The position numbers and the translations under genes are program-made. A stretch of 64,000 nt of DNA from Candidatus Latescibacterota bacterium (GTDB lineage Bacteria > Latescibacterota > UBA2968 > GCA-2709665), in assembly GCA_965222075.1 (NCBI GenBank), contig OZ244937.1, forward strand, positions 1,056,001 through 1,120,000. The letters run 5' to 3'. A model generated the notes under the pieces. The model was not told where the DNA came from, did not search any database, and was given only the letters and a program-made list of their open reading frames with translations. Shown piece after piece: positions 18,882-27,972 of the stretch. The first letter of the stretch is position 1, and each line of letters begins with the position of its first letter.

Positions 18882-20270
18882 ATGTCTACAGAATACTTGA
18901 AAACTCAGGTTGCAGGGGTGCCCGCAGACCGGGCGCAGCCCCAGGTCGTGGAGGTCGAAAAGGCGGTGCTGGGCGCTATGTTGATCGACAATGGGGCCAT
19001 CAACCGGGTTGTTGAGGTGTTGGGGGATGAAACGGCGTTTTACCACACCGGCCACCGAAAGATCTATGCGGCGATTCTGGCGCTCTACGATAAGGGCATG
19101 CCGGCGGATCAGGTGACCGTTACCGAGGAACTCTCCCGGCGGGGACACTCCGAAGGGGCGGGGGGGCCTGTTTATGTCGCCGGTCTGGCCGGGGAGATGG
19201 CCACGGCGGCCAATGCGGAATACCATGCCCGGATTGTGCTGGAAAAGGCGCAGCGGCGCAGGCTGATCGATGCGGCAACACAGACCATCACCGAAAGTTA
19301 TGAAGACACGGAGGACATCCGGGAGGTCATCGACCGGGCCGAACAGCGGGTGTTTCGGATTGCCGAAGGCGAACTGGGCAAGGGCGTGATCTCCTTGGAG
19401 TCCAAGCTCCACGAGGCGCTCGCGCTGATCGAACAGGCGCACGACCGGGCGGGCGCCCTGACGGGTGTGACCAGCGGGTATACCGACTTAGACGAGATTA
19501 TGGCGGGACTGCAGCCGTCGGACCTGATTATCGTGGCGTCCAGGCCCTCTATGGGGAAGACGGCGTTGACCCTTTGTATGGCCCGCAATGCGGCCGTTAA
19601 GGGAAACACGCCGGTACTCTACTTCTCGCTGGAGATGTCGGTACAACAACTGGTGCAGCGGATGCTGTGCGCCGAGGCCCGGGTGAATTCGCACCTGCTT
19701 CGAACGGGGCGGCTTTCCGAGGAGGAGTGGCAGCGGCTGGCGGCATGGACCGGCAAGCTGGCAGAGGCGCCGTTTTATATTGACGATACGCCGAGCATTT
19801 CTGTCCTGGAGATGCGCGCAAAAGCACGCCGGGCCAAGTCCGAGCACGATATCGGATTGATTGTTGTGGATTACATCCAGCTGATGACCACCACAGAGCG
19901 GGCCGACAACCGGGAGCAGGAGATCGCCCGGATCTCCCGGTCGCTGAAGGCGCTGGCCAAGGAGCTGGACGTGCCGGTCGTCGCATGCGCCCAGCTTTCC
20001 CGAGCGGTGGAAGCACGGACGGATAAGCGGCCGCAGCTTTCGGACCTGAGGGAAAGCGGAAGCCTCGAGCAAGACTCGGACGTGGTGATGTTTCTCTACC
20101 GGCCGGAGGTCTACGGCATTCCGGATGAGGAGGGGAACAACCAGGAAGGGGTGGCCGAGATTATTATCGGGAAACAGCGAAACGGCCCTATCGGAAGTGT
20201 TTTTCTTACCTTTCTGGGCACCTACCTGCGCTTTGAGGAGCCTGACATCTACCGGGAGGAGCCGTTCTGA
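18882..20270 (+). CDS. dnaB: Replicative DNA helicase
   Basis: ASRPSMGKT, FSLEMS, VVDYIQL, DLRESGSLEQDSD, KQRNGP. Confidence 0.97.
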   Translation: MSTEYLKTQVAGVPADRAQPQVVEVEKAVLGAMLIDNGAINRVVEVLGDETAFYHTGHRKIYAAILALYDKGMPADQVTVTEELSRRGHSEGAGGPVYVAGLAGEMATAANAEYHARIVLEKAQRRRLIDAATQTITESYEDTEDIREVIDRAEQRVFRIAEGELGKGVISLESKLHEALALIEQAHDRAGALTGVTSGYTDLDEIMAGLQPSDLIIVASRPSMGKTALTLCMARNAAVKGNTPVLYFSLEMSVQQLVQRMLCAEARVNSHLLRTGRLSEEEWQRLAAWTGKLAEAPFYIDDTPSISVLEMRAKARRAKSEHDIGLIVVDYIQLMTTTERADNREQEIARISRSLKALAKELDVPVVACAQLSRAVEARTDKRPQLSDLRESGSLEQDSDVVMFLYRPEVYGIPDEEGNNQEGVAEIIIGKQRNGPIGSVFLTFLGTYLRFEEPDIYREEPF

Positions 20271-20280
20271 TCCTAAGGAT

Positions 20281-21660
20281 ATGGCGATGGCCAAGCTGCG
20301 CATCCGATATGTGTGCCAGGGTTGTGGTGCGGAAGCGTCCAGGTGGTTTGGGCGCTGTACGGGCTGTGGGGAGTGGAATACCTGTGTAGAAGAGCCCATC
20401 TCGCCTGCCCCTGCAAAACAAAGCAGCACAGCGGTGTCGGTGCCTCCCGCACCGATCACGGAGGTGGATGGCCATCTGGAAGATCGGATGGTCACAAGGA
20501 TGCAGGAGTTCGACCGGACGCTGGGGGGAGGGATTGTGTGTGGGGCGGCCGTGCTGGTGGGCGGGGATCCGGGGATCGGAAAATCGACGCTGCTGCTGCA
20601 AGGCGCCGCGGCCTTAGCGCTGGGGGGGCTGAGGGTGCTTTATGTGTCGGCCGAGGAGTCGCTGCCGCAGACCCGGATGCGGGCGCAGCGGGTCGGGGCG
20701 CTGTCGGACCAGCTTTACCTGGTTGCCGAGTCCAACCTGGATTTGATTTGCGGGTATATTGAAGATCTGAAACCGATCGCCGTGGTGGTCGATTCGGTCC
20801 AGACAATTTACCGCCCGAATCTGCAGAGTGCTCCAGGCAGCGTGAGCCAGGTTCGAGCGTGCGCGGCCTGCCTGGTTTCCCTGGCCAAGACCAGCGGCAC
20901 AGCCGTTTTTCTGGTGGGGCATGTGACCAAGGAGGGGACGGTGGCCGGGCCCCGGGTGGTGGAGCACCTGGTGGATACGGTGCTCTATCTGGAGGGAGAA
21001 CGGCACGGGGCATACCGCATTCTTCGGGCAGCCAAGAACCGATTTGGGTCTACCAACGAGATCGGAATTTTTGAAATGTGCGACCGGGGGATGGTGGAGG
21101 TTGCCAATCCGTCCCGGGTCTTTCTCTCAAAGCGGGAGACGGCGTGCAGGGGTACGGCGGTGGTTTGTAGCGTGGAGGGCACCCGGCCGCTCCTGGTAGA
21201 GGTTCAGGCCTTAGTGGCCAGCAGCACCTTCGGCTATCCCCAGCGGGTGGCCACCGGCTTCGATGCCCGCCGAATGGCGATCCTGGTCGCCGTTTTAGAG
21301 AAGCGTTCGGGATTGGCGTTAGGATCGCAGGATATTTTTCTAAACGTGGCCGGTGGGCTCCGCATCGACGAGCCGGCGGTGGATCTGGGCGTTGCGCTGG
21401 CAATGGTTTCGAGTTTTCGGGACTGCGCCTTAGACCACATGACCGTGGCCGTGGGGGAGGTGGGATTGGGGGGAGAAATTCGGCCGGTCAGTCAGGTCGA
21501 CCGGCGTGTGGCCGAGGCCCACAAACTGGGATTCACGCGCTGTATTGTTGCCAAGGCCAACATGGCGGGCCTGAAGGCCCCCGGTGGGATGGAAGTGGTG
21601 GGGGTGTCGGAAATTGACGCTGCTCAGGAGGTGGTGTTGGGCAGGTCATTTAACAGGTAG
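20281..21660 (+). CDS. radA: DNA repair protein RadA/Sms
   Basis: C4 zinc finger, GDPGIGKSTLLLQ, KNRFG. Confidence 0.97.
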   Translation: MAMAKLRIRYVCQGCGAEASRWFGRCTGCGEWNTCVEEPISPAPAKQSSTAVSVPPAPITEVDGHLEDRMVTRMQEFDRTLGGGIVCGAAVLVGGDPGIGKSTLLLQGAAALALGGLRVLYVSAEESLPQTRMRAQRVGALSDQLYLVAESNLDLICGYIEDLKPIAVVVDSVQTIYRPNLQSAPGSVSQVRACAACLVSLAKTSGTAVFLVGHVTKEGTVAGPRVVEHLVDTVLYLEGERHGAYRILRAAKNRFGSTNEIGIFEMCDRGMVEVANPSRVFLSKRETACRGTAVVCSVEGTRPLLVEVQALVASSTFGYPQRVATGFDARRMAILVAVLEKRSGLALGSQDIFLNVAGGLRIDEPAVDLGVALAMVSSFRDCALDHMTVAVGEVGLGGEIRPVSQVDRRVAEAHKLGFTRCIVAKANMAGLKAPGGMEVVGVSEIDAAQEVVLGRSFNR

Positions 21661-21683
21661 CAGGAAAGGGGGAATCGGCGCTT

Positions 21684-22358
21684 GTGTCAAGAGAATTTAC
21701 CAGGGTCGGGAAGAGATCGCCTGTGTACGTTTCCAAACTGCTGTCGCTGATGTTGAGGCATCGGCCGGAGGAATTCGGCGTTGCCGTAGACCGTTATGGA
21801 TTTGCCGATCTGGAGGCGGTGGTGTGCGCACTTCAGGAGCGGGATGCACATCTGCGGTTGAACGATATCGAATCGGTGGTTTACGATTCCGAAAAACAGC
21901 GGTTCGAGATTGTAGAGGGACGCATCCGGGCACGCTATGGACACAGCTTTGAGATCGACCTGGGCATCGATCCGGTCGAACCGCCGGAATATCTCTACAA
22001 GGGGGTGCACCTCAGGGAGGCGGACGGGGTGCTGGCGGAGGGGCTAAAGCCGGTCGATCGGCAGTACGTGCACCTCTCTTTCCAGGCCGATGTGGCCGCA
22101 CGGTTGGCTGGGAAGGGAAGGGGGCGCGGCGCCGTGGTTCGGGTGGACGCCCAGCGCGCCCACCGGGCGGGTGTTCCCTTTTACGACTGTGGACCGACTA
22201 TCCTCACACCGGAGGTGCCGTCCGATTTTCTCATTCTGGAGCAACTTCCGGAGGCTTCGGAGATGTCCCCCACTCGGCCCACGACGCAACGCGATGTGGC
22301 CGCACCCCAGGGTGAGCCTATGTATGGACGGAAACGGAGGTTTGGGCAGAAGAGGTAG
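21684..22358 (+). CDS. kptA: RNA 2'-phosphotransferase (KptA/Tpt1)
   Basis: SKLLSLMLRHRP, KQRFE, IRARYGHS, RQYVHLS. Confidence 0.87.
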   Translation: MSREFTRVGKRSPVYVSKLLSLMLRHRPEEFGVAVDRYGFADLEAVVCALQERDAHLRLNDIESVVYDSEKQRFEIVEGRIRARYGHSFEIDLGIDPVEPPEYLYKGVHLREADGVLAEGLKPVDRQYVHLSFQADVAARLAGKGRGRGAVVRVDAQRAHRAGVPFYDCGPTILTPEVPSDFLILEQLPEASEMSPTRPTTQRDVAAPQGEPMYGRKRRFGQKR

Positions 22359-22488
22359 CCGGGAGATGGGCGTGGAGACCGGTCCGGTTTTGGCGGTCTT
22401 TCAGGCAGACCATCCGGAATGTCTGGATGGTTTTTTTAAATTTCTCCATTCCCCTGTCCTCTGAATTGAGACGAAAAACGAGATACCG

Positions 22489-23385
22489 ATGTCAAAGAAA
22501 AAGTGGCCGAATTCGCAGGCAATGCTGAAAGTGGCTGGGGATCTGGCAGAAGAGGTACGGGCCGACCTGATCCTGCTGGTTACGGATTCCGGCGTCAGCC
22601 GGGCTGCGGTGCAGGCCTTAAACGAGGTCTGCCAGACCTTTGTGGTAACCCGGAGCAACAGGTTTTTGAAGGGGATCGAGGCGGTGGGGGTGCAGCGGGT
22701 GCATTTTGATTTTGATGTGGACGATTTGGCGCATTTCGAACGGGTGCGACAGGGGATCAGCCTGGGGATGGAGGGGGGGTACATCCCCAGGGGAAGCCGT
22801 CTGGTCTGTCTGAGCAGCCTGGTGGAACGTCGCGGCGTCGACACGCTGGTGGTAGTGGATACGCCCCGGGGGGGTGAGGATTTCCATCCGGAAAGCGTCG
22901 CCGCCCTGGCCGGCGATCTGCCGATTGAGGTGGTCAGGGCCGTGTTTGACCTGAGTGTGGACATCGGCCAGGAGGGCAGGGAGGGGGAGTCGGTGGGCAC
23001 GCTGTTTGTGATCGGAGACTCCGAGCGGGTGATGGCCAACTCCCGGCCGATGACCTTCGATCCGTTTCGGGGGTATTCCGAGCGTGAGAAGAATATCTGC
23101 AACGCCGATATCCGGGAAGCAGTGAAGGAGGTCGCCTTGATGGATGGGGCGTTTATCGTTCAGGAGGATGGGGTTATTCTGTCGGGTGGACGGTATATTA
23201 CCGCCGATGTCAAAGGCCTCATTTTGCCCAAGGGACTGGGGGCGCGGCATGTGGCTGCTGCGGCCATTACAAACCATACGGTGGCGGTTGCCGTGGCGGT
23301 ATCGGAGTCGACCGGCATCGTGCGGGCGTTCAGGGGGGGAGAGATCGTCCTTACAAGGGCGCCTCACAGACGGCGCCTGCGGTAA
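22489..23385 (+). CDS. Diadenylate cyclase, DacZ/CdaZ-like (N-terminal regulatory domain + DisA_N)
   Basis: EGREGESVGTLFVIGD, MDGAFIV, GLGARHVAAAAIT, VSESTG. Confidence 0.85.
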   Translation: MSKKKWPNSQAMLKVAGDLAEEVRADLILLVTDSGVSRAAVQALNEVCQTFVVTRSNRFLKGIEAVGVQRVHFDFDVDDLAHFERVRQGISLGMEGGYIPRGSRLVCLSSLVERRGVDTLVVVDTPRGGEDFHPESVAALAGDLPIEVVRAVFDLSVDIGQEGREGESVGTLFVIGDSERVMANSRPMTFDPFRGYSEREKNICNADIREAVKEVALMDGAFIVQEDGVILSGGRYITADVKGLILPKGLGARHVAAAAITNHTVAVAVAVSESTGIVRAFRGGEIVLTRAPHRRRLR

Positions 23386-23457
23386 AGGAGGTAGGGTGCA
23401 TTCCTCACTCAAATTACGCGTTCGTCATCCCCGGCCCGAAGTCCGGGATCTGTTCTT

Positions 23458-24009
23458 ATGAACTTGGATCCTGCCAAAATCCGGCTGGTTCGGACAGACA
23501 GTGGAGTACAGGTCGCCATCGACGGTGTCGCTCGGCGGGTGGAGCGGGTGGTCAGGGCCTTTCCCAGGACCGATCCGGAACGCTATGTGGGACTGCTGGA
23601 CCCGGATGGGCGCGAGATCGGGATGATCGAGGCTCCCTCCAGGCTGGACGGGGCGTCCCGGGTGCTGATGGAGGAAGCATTGAAGGCCGACTATTTTGTG
23701 CCCACAATTCTGGAGATCCGCTCTGTGACGCCCAGGGGTAGGGGTACGGGCAGCCTCTGGGAGGTGCTTACCGACGATGGGAAGCGGAGGTTCCGGATCC
23801 AGGATCGGGAGGCGCTGGACGGTTCGGAGGCCCCTGCGATTGCGGTTACGGACGAGGACGGAAAGCGCTATCGCATCGAAGACTACTGGGCGCTGGACCG
23901 GGAGAGCCGGAAGGCCATCCAGGATCTGCTGCCCGACAAGGTGCTCAAAGCGCGATGGGGGGAGAAGCGGTCGTCCAGGGGCAGAGGGCTTGGGATGAGA
24001 TTCAGGTGA
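23458..24009 (+). CDS. DUF1854-like protein
   Basis: VRAFP...YVGLLDPDGREIGMI...YFVPTI...WEVLTDDG...DGKRYRI...LDRESRK pattern. Confidence 0.7.
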   Translation: MNLDPAKIRLVRTDSGVQVAIDGVARRVERVVRAFPRTDPERYVGLLDPDGREIGMIEAPSRLDGASRVLMEEALKADYFVPTILEIRSVTPRGRGTGSLWEVLTDDGKRRFRIQDREALDGSEAPAIAVTDEDGKRYRIEDYWALDRESRKAIQDLLPDKVLKARWGEKRSSRGRGLGMRFR

Positions 24010-24070
24010 AGCTTATGGGCGTATCGGGTCGATTTTCCATGTCTACGCTGGTGCTTAAGGGGGTATAGGG

Positions 24071-25387
24071 ATGGGGCGTGCGGGCGCCCTGTTGTGGGCG
24101 GCAGGAGGGGTAATCGAAATCTGCCTGATCGGCATTCTGGCCCTGGGAGACCTGAGGGGGCAGGTGCCGATTTTTTTGGCCCTGTTTGGCACTGCGACGG
24201 CCGTCTATCTGATGGTGGTGTGGCGGAGCGAAACGGCGTCGCTGCGGACGGTGGTGCTGTTCGGGCTGCTCTTTCGGGCGACTCTCCTGCCTTCGCTGCC
24301 GACGCTTTCGGACGATCTCTACCGGTATGTGTGGGACGGTCGGGTGCAAACCGCAGGAATCAATCCCTACCGGTATGCGCCGGCGTCGGAGGCGCTGGCG
24401 TATCTGAGAGACGACGAGATCTACCCCAGGATAAACCACCCGGAGGTTTCCACCATCTACCCTCCCCTGGCAGAGGCCCTCTTCCTGGGGTGCTATGCTC
24501 TCCATCCGGGCCTGTGGACGGTGAAGATCGCCTTAGTCGGGATAGACCTGCTTGCGGCCTGGTTCCTGCTGGGCCTCATCCGGGTGTACGACCAGCATCC
24601 GGGCCAGCTCCTGATCTACCTGTGGAACCCCCTGCTGGTGGTGGAAGTGGCCGGCAACGGACACGTCGATATTATGGGGGTGGCCACCGTGGTGATGGCC
24701 CTGCTTTATTTGCAGATTGGAGGCTACGGACGGGCAGCAGGAGCCCTGGGGCTCTCATTTCTGAGCAAGTTTTTTGCCATCTGCCTGATCCCGGTGTTCT
24801 GGCGCTGGATGTGCGCACGGAGAGGCGAAGCGGGCGGCTGGCGTGTCCGTTTGCAGGCGATGGTAAGACCCGGCAAGGCCTGGCCGGTCCTGGTCTTCCC
24901 CGGTGTGGTCCTGTTGGGCTATCTGCCCTACGCCGGGGCAGGGGCGGGGCTTTTTAAAGGGCTTTTGACCTATGCGGAGCACTGGGAATTCAACGCGCCG
25001 GTTTTTGGCCTTTTGAAAACACTCCTGGGCAGCGGGGCCGCAGCCAGAACCGCGGTCGGCGTCCTTTTCGGGAGTGCTGTGCTGGCGCTTACGCTGGGGT
25101 GGAGGCCTCCGATCCAGGCGGGCTACCTGCTGACGGGGCTTTTTCTATGGTTGACCCCAACGCTGCATCCCTGGTACTGTATCTGGATGCTGCCTTTTCT
25201 GGTGTTCTATCGGAGTCCGGCCTGGTTGACGTTTACCGGTCTGGTCGTTCTGTCCTACCACGTGTTGATCCGCTACCAGGCTGAAGGCGTCTGGGAGGAG
25301 GCCGCGTGGGTGAAAGGGGTTGAATACGGGGGATTTGTGGCCGTATGGGTCGGTACCCGCATATGGCGGAGGATCAGGGCAGGGTAA
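24071..25387 (+). CDS. GT-C membrane glycosyltransferase (GT87/DUF2029-like)
   Basis: SDDLYRYVWDG, GINPY, TIYPP, LWNPL, NGHVD, LHPWY. Multiple TMs. Confidence 0.82.
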   Translation: MGRAGALLWAAGGVIEICLIGILALGDLRGQVPIFLALFGTATAVYLMVVWRSETASLRTVVLFGLLFRATLLPSLPTLSDDLYRYVWDGRVQTAGINPYRYAPASEALAYLRDDEIYPRINHPEVSTIYPPLAEALFLGCYALHPGLWTVKIALVGIDLLAAWFLLGLIRVYDQHPGQLLIYLWNPLLVVEVAGNGHVDIMGVATVVMALLYLQIGGYGRAAGALGLSFLSKFFAICLIPVFWRWMCARRGEAGGWRVRLQAMVRPGKAWPVLVFPGVVLLGYLPYAGAGAGLFKGLLTYAEHWEFNAPVFGLLKTLLGSGAAARTAVGVLFGSAVLALTLGWRPPIQAGYLLTGLFLWLTPTLHPWYCIWMLPFLVFYRSPAWLTFTGLVVLSYHVLIRYQAEGVWEEAAWVKGVEYGGFVAVWVGTRIWRRIRAG

Positions 25388-25628
25388 GGGCGAGGCCCCT
25401 GTCGCACCCATAGAGAGCCGGAGCCGCACCCCAGTTCGAGTATTTTGCCCCGTTTGTGGTTGTCTCCAGCCGTCATCGCACGACCCATCTTGACTTGGAT
25501 ATTGGGATAATACCCAAGATAGGAAATTCTGTGTCCTCTGCTACTTCATTTTGGCCAAAGTCCAGTTTAAATAAGTTAGTGTTTTTGTAACATGTTGATA
25601 AAATTGATCCTAAGCATTTGGAGGGGAT

Positions 25629-25865
25629 ATGAGCAAGACCCTGGTTATTTCAGATGACCTCTATGAGCGTCTTGAATATGTGGCGCATCAAAAGGGTCTG
25701 AAGAGTATTGAGAAGTTACTTGAATCCTGGCAAGCGGCCGAAAATGATCTCAGCAAGCGTCGAGAGATCGTAGACAGAATAGACGTCTTGCGCAGTAGGT
25801 TATTCCGGACGTATGGCCAGATGCCTGATAGTGTAGATTTGATTCGAGAAGATCGAGCCCGGTAA
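25629..25865 (+). CDS. Putative antitoxin (VapB-like)
   Basis: RHH-like N-terminus KTLVISDDLYERL and C-terminal DSVDLIREDR. Stop overlaps the toxin start (TAATG). Confidence 0.75.
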   Translation: MSKTLVISDDLYERLEYVAHQKGLKSIEKLLESWQAAENDLSKRREIVDRIDVLRSRLFRTYGQMPDSVDLIREDRAR

Positions 25866-26323
25866 TGGAAAATGTTGTCGTAGATAGCAGTGTGGCGATC
25901 AAGTGGTTTGTGGTGGAACCCCATTCGGATGAAGCCCGAAAGATTCTGGATGGATACAAGGCCGGTAACATTAATCTTCTCGCTCCGGACCTGATCAATG
26001 CAGAAGTCGGCAATATCGTGTGGAAAAAACACCGACTTCAGGATTTGAGTACTACGGATGCTCAAGAAATCATCGATACATTCCGAACCATCATCTTCAC
26101 CCTCACGCCGAGTGCTGTTTTACTGGGTGAGGCCTATCATTTGGCCGTCACACACGAACGCACGGTTTATGATATGATGTACGTTGCCCTGAGTAAGCGA
26201 GAAAGCTGTCGATTTGTGACTGCCGATGAACGGATGGTCAATGCGATAGGCAAGAGCTTTTCAGATATGCTATGGGTGGCCGACTGGTCTGGAAGTATTG
26301 ACCCTGCTGGAAGCTCTGAATGA
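25865..26323 (+). CDS. vapC: PIN-domain toxin (VapC)
   Basis: VVVDSSVAIKW, APDLINAEV, TVYDMMYVAL, FVTAD. Confidence 0.9.
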   Translation: MENVVVDSSVAIKWFVVEPHSDEARKILDGYKAGNINLLAPDLINAEVGNIVWKKHRLQDLSTTDAQEIIDTFRTIIFTLTPSAVLLGEAYHLAVTHERTVYDMMYVALSKRESCRFVTADERMVNAIGKSFSDMLWVADWSGSIDPAGSSE

Positions 26324-26328
26324 TGTAG

Positions 26329-26427
26329 CTACGGGGAAACCGGCTTAAAAGGGTAATATTCGCACCCCAGGCAGGATAGCCCCATCAGGACCGTCAACGA
26401 GACAAAGACCGAGATTTTCCTCTGCAT
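26329..26427 (-). CDS. 32-aa lipoprotein-signal ORF (mini-lipoprotein or truncated gene)
   Basis: MQRKISVFVSLTVLMGLSCLGCEYYPFKPVSP with strong RBS (GAGGAGAAGGGAG) and lipobox-like CLGC. Confidence 0.45.
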   Translation of the reverse strand: MQRKISVFVSLTVLMGLSCLGCEYYPFKPVSP

Positions 26428-26502
26428 GACAGATGCTCCCTTCTCCTCTCTCTCCTGAACACCCGCATCATCCAAACGGTCCAACATAGGTTTTAAGACA
26501 GT

Positions 26503-26715
26503 TGTCATGCGCCCTTTGGGGCACCCATGATGATGAAAATCGTTGCCACGTCTCGCCTCTGCGATCCCCCCACCGGCGCGCCTGCCTGTCTGCGTGCGAC
26601 GCACAGGCAGGCGGGCTGGCGCCCTTGGCTTGCCGACTCCCCCTCAAGGGGGGAGTAATGGGGGCTGCTTTGGCATGGGCAGGCGCACAGGCAGGCGCGT
26701 TCCGTGCAGGCAGGT
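26503..26715. repeat. Cluster of short palindromic MITE-like elements
   Basis: CGCCTGCCTGT...ACAGGCAGGCG (26578-26613), ACTCCCCCTCAAGGGGGGAGT (26636-26656), and repeated GCACAGGCAGGCG / GCAGGCAGG. Confidence 0.55.
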
Positions 26716-26754
26716 GGTCGTTGATTCATCCGGATCAGGGCAGGGTAAGGGCGG

Positions 26755-26819
26755 GTAGGGGCAACCCTTGTGGTTGCCCTGTCGGGCGTGGATTGGGCGT
26801 CCACAAGGGACGCCCCTAC
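26755..26819. repeat. Inverted pair of GTAG-type REP units (REPIN/BIME-like)
   Basis: GTAGGGGCAACCCTTGTGGTTGCCC on +, and GTAGGGGCGTCCCTTGTGGACGCCC on -, with compensatory stem changes. Confidence 0.75.
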
Positions 26820-26995
26820 GGCTGTCGGTGGCCTCCTCGACGCCGGTTCCGATAACGGTGACCATGCCGGATCTCGTAAGGGCGGGGAGGGGTTGCGGGT
26901 GTGTGTGCAGGTGCGCGTCCGGTGTGAAAACAGCGAATACAGGCTATTTGATCGCTAACCGATCACGTAAGGTCGCGTCTGTGAAGTTCGATCAC

Positions 26996-27310
26996 TCACG
27001 ATTGCTTGAGACGTTTCGCTCGCTCATCTAACCATCGTTGAAAGGACCGCTGGCTTTCACCAGATGGCCTGCCAAGAAGTAGACCTTCTACACTGAGATC
27101 CTCGTCTAAATCGGGCCAATGAAACCCTTCACCATCTCCTATGAATCTCCAATTATTTCGCTCTTCTGGCGTGCTGTGAACAAGCCGGGGATACCAGGCT
27201 AAAGGTACCGAAATACTACGCCCGTCAGCGAAATCGACAGTCAAAGTATCATCTGTAACAACAATATCTTCAGCTTTAGCAACTATCTTTTCAGTCTGAA
27301 AAGTATTCAT
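26996..27310 (-). CDS. DUF2442 family protein
   Basis: LTVDFADGRSISVPLAWYPRL...GFHWPDLDEDLSVEGLL. Confidence 0.85.
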   Translation of the reverse strand: MNTFQTEKIVAKAEDIVVTDDTLTVDFADGRSISVPLAWYPRLVHSTPEERNNWRFIGDGEGFHWPDLDEDLSVEGLLLGRPSGESQRSFQRWLDERAKRLKQS

Positions 27311-27370
27311 CCCACCCTCGCAGTAAAATTTCCTGATTGTCCGTTACCGCTCTCTGAATACGATTGATGG
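27291..27370 (-). pseudogene. C-terminal remnant of DUF4160 partner gene
   Basis: INRIQRAVTDNQEILLRGWDEYFSD* overlaps the DUF2442 start. The N-terminal EPPH-type part is missing. Confidence 0.6.
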
Positions 27371-27507
27371 CCACGAAATTAGGTATAGGCTCCGGGTGTG
27401 TCAAGATGAATCCGGATGTGTTGCGAGGCCGGCGGCGTTGCCGGACTGCCGCCAGGCAGGGAAACAGGGCCATCAGGCGCGCGGAGTGGGTAAGGGACAA
27501 AAAAATC

Positions 27508-27536
27508 TTGACTCTCCGGAAACAATCATATAAATT
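27508..27536 (+). promoter_or_regulatory. Sigma70-type promoter
   Basis: TTGACT-17 nt-TAAATT. Confidence 0.5.
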
Positions 27537-27587
27537 CCAAGTTTGCTTTGATATCCGATTATCCTCAATAAAATAGGGAAGATATTT

Positions 27588-27896
27588 ATGCCAACATACG
27601 AGTACGAATGCAGGAATTGCGGACATACGTTCGAGCGGTTTCAATCGATGACGGCCCGACCAGTCAGGACCTGTCCCACGTGTCGCAAGCGGTCGGTGAA
27701 ACGGCTGATCGGGATCGGAGCGGGACTGATTTTTAAGGGGTCCGGGTTTTACAGTACAGACTATCGGAGTGAAAGCTATAAGAAGGCGGCCAAGAAGGAG
27801 GGTGAAGGGGCACCCAGCGGCAAAAAATCGTCTGATGACAAGGCGTCGGGTGAATCCAAAGGCTCCGGTTCCCAAAGCGGTGCGGATTCGGCTTGA
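27588..27896 (+). CDS. FmdB family zinc-ribbon protein
   Basis: MPTYEYECRNCG...CPTC...FKGSGFYSTDY. Confidence 0.9.
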   Translation: MPTYEYECRNCGHTFERFQSMTARPVRTCPTCRKRSVKRLIGIGAGLIFKGSGFYSTDYRSESYKKAAKKEGEGAPSGKKSSDDKASGESKGSGSQSGADSA

Positions 27897-27972
27897 AGAA
27901 ATCTGGAACTCAAACGGTTTTGAAGAGTCTATTTTTCGATTATTCTCTCTGAAAAGGAGTCATTACAGCGGT

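Larger units (their letters stand above)
25371..26753. mobile_element. 1.4-kb islet bounded by 22-bp direct repeat (25371-25392 / 26732-26753)
   Basis: GGATCAGGGCAGGGTAAGGGCG at both ends. The left copy is the 3' end of the GT gene. The interior carries an AT-richer vapBC pair and palindromes. No integrase seen. Confidence 0.6.

Noticed and set aside
26502-27031. Several short overlapping ORFs on both strands
   Set aside because: They run through palindromic repeats and have no RBS or protein-like composition.
27291-27875. 194-aa minus-strand ORF
   Set aside because: Mostly antisense to the FmdB gene and its promoter. Only the last ~25 codons look like real (DUF4160) coding sequence.
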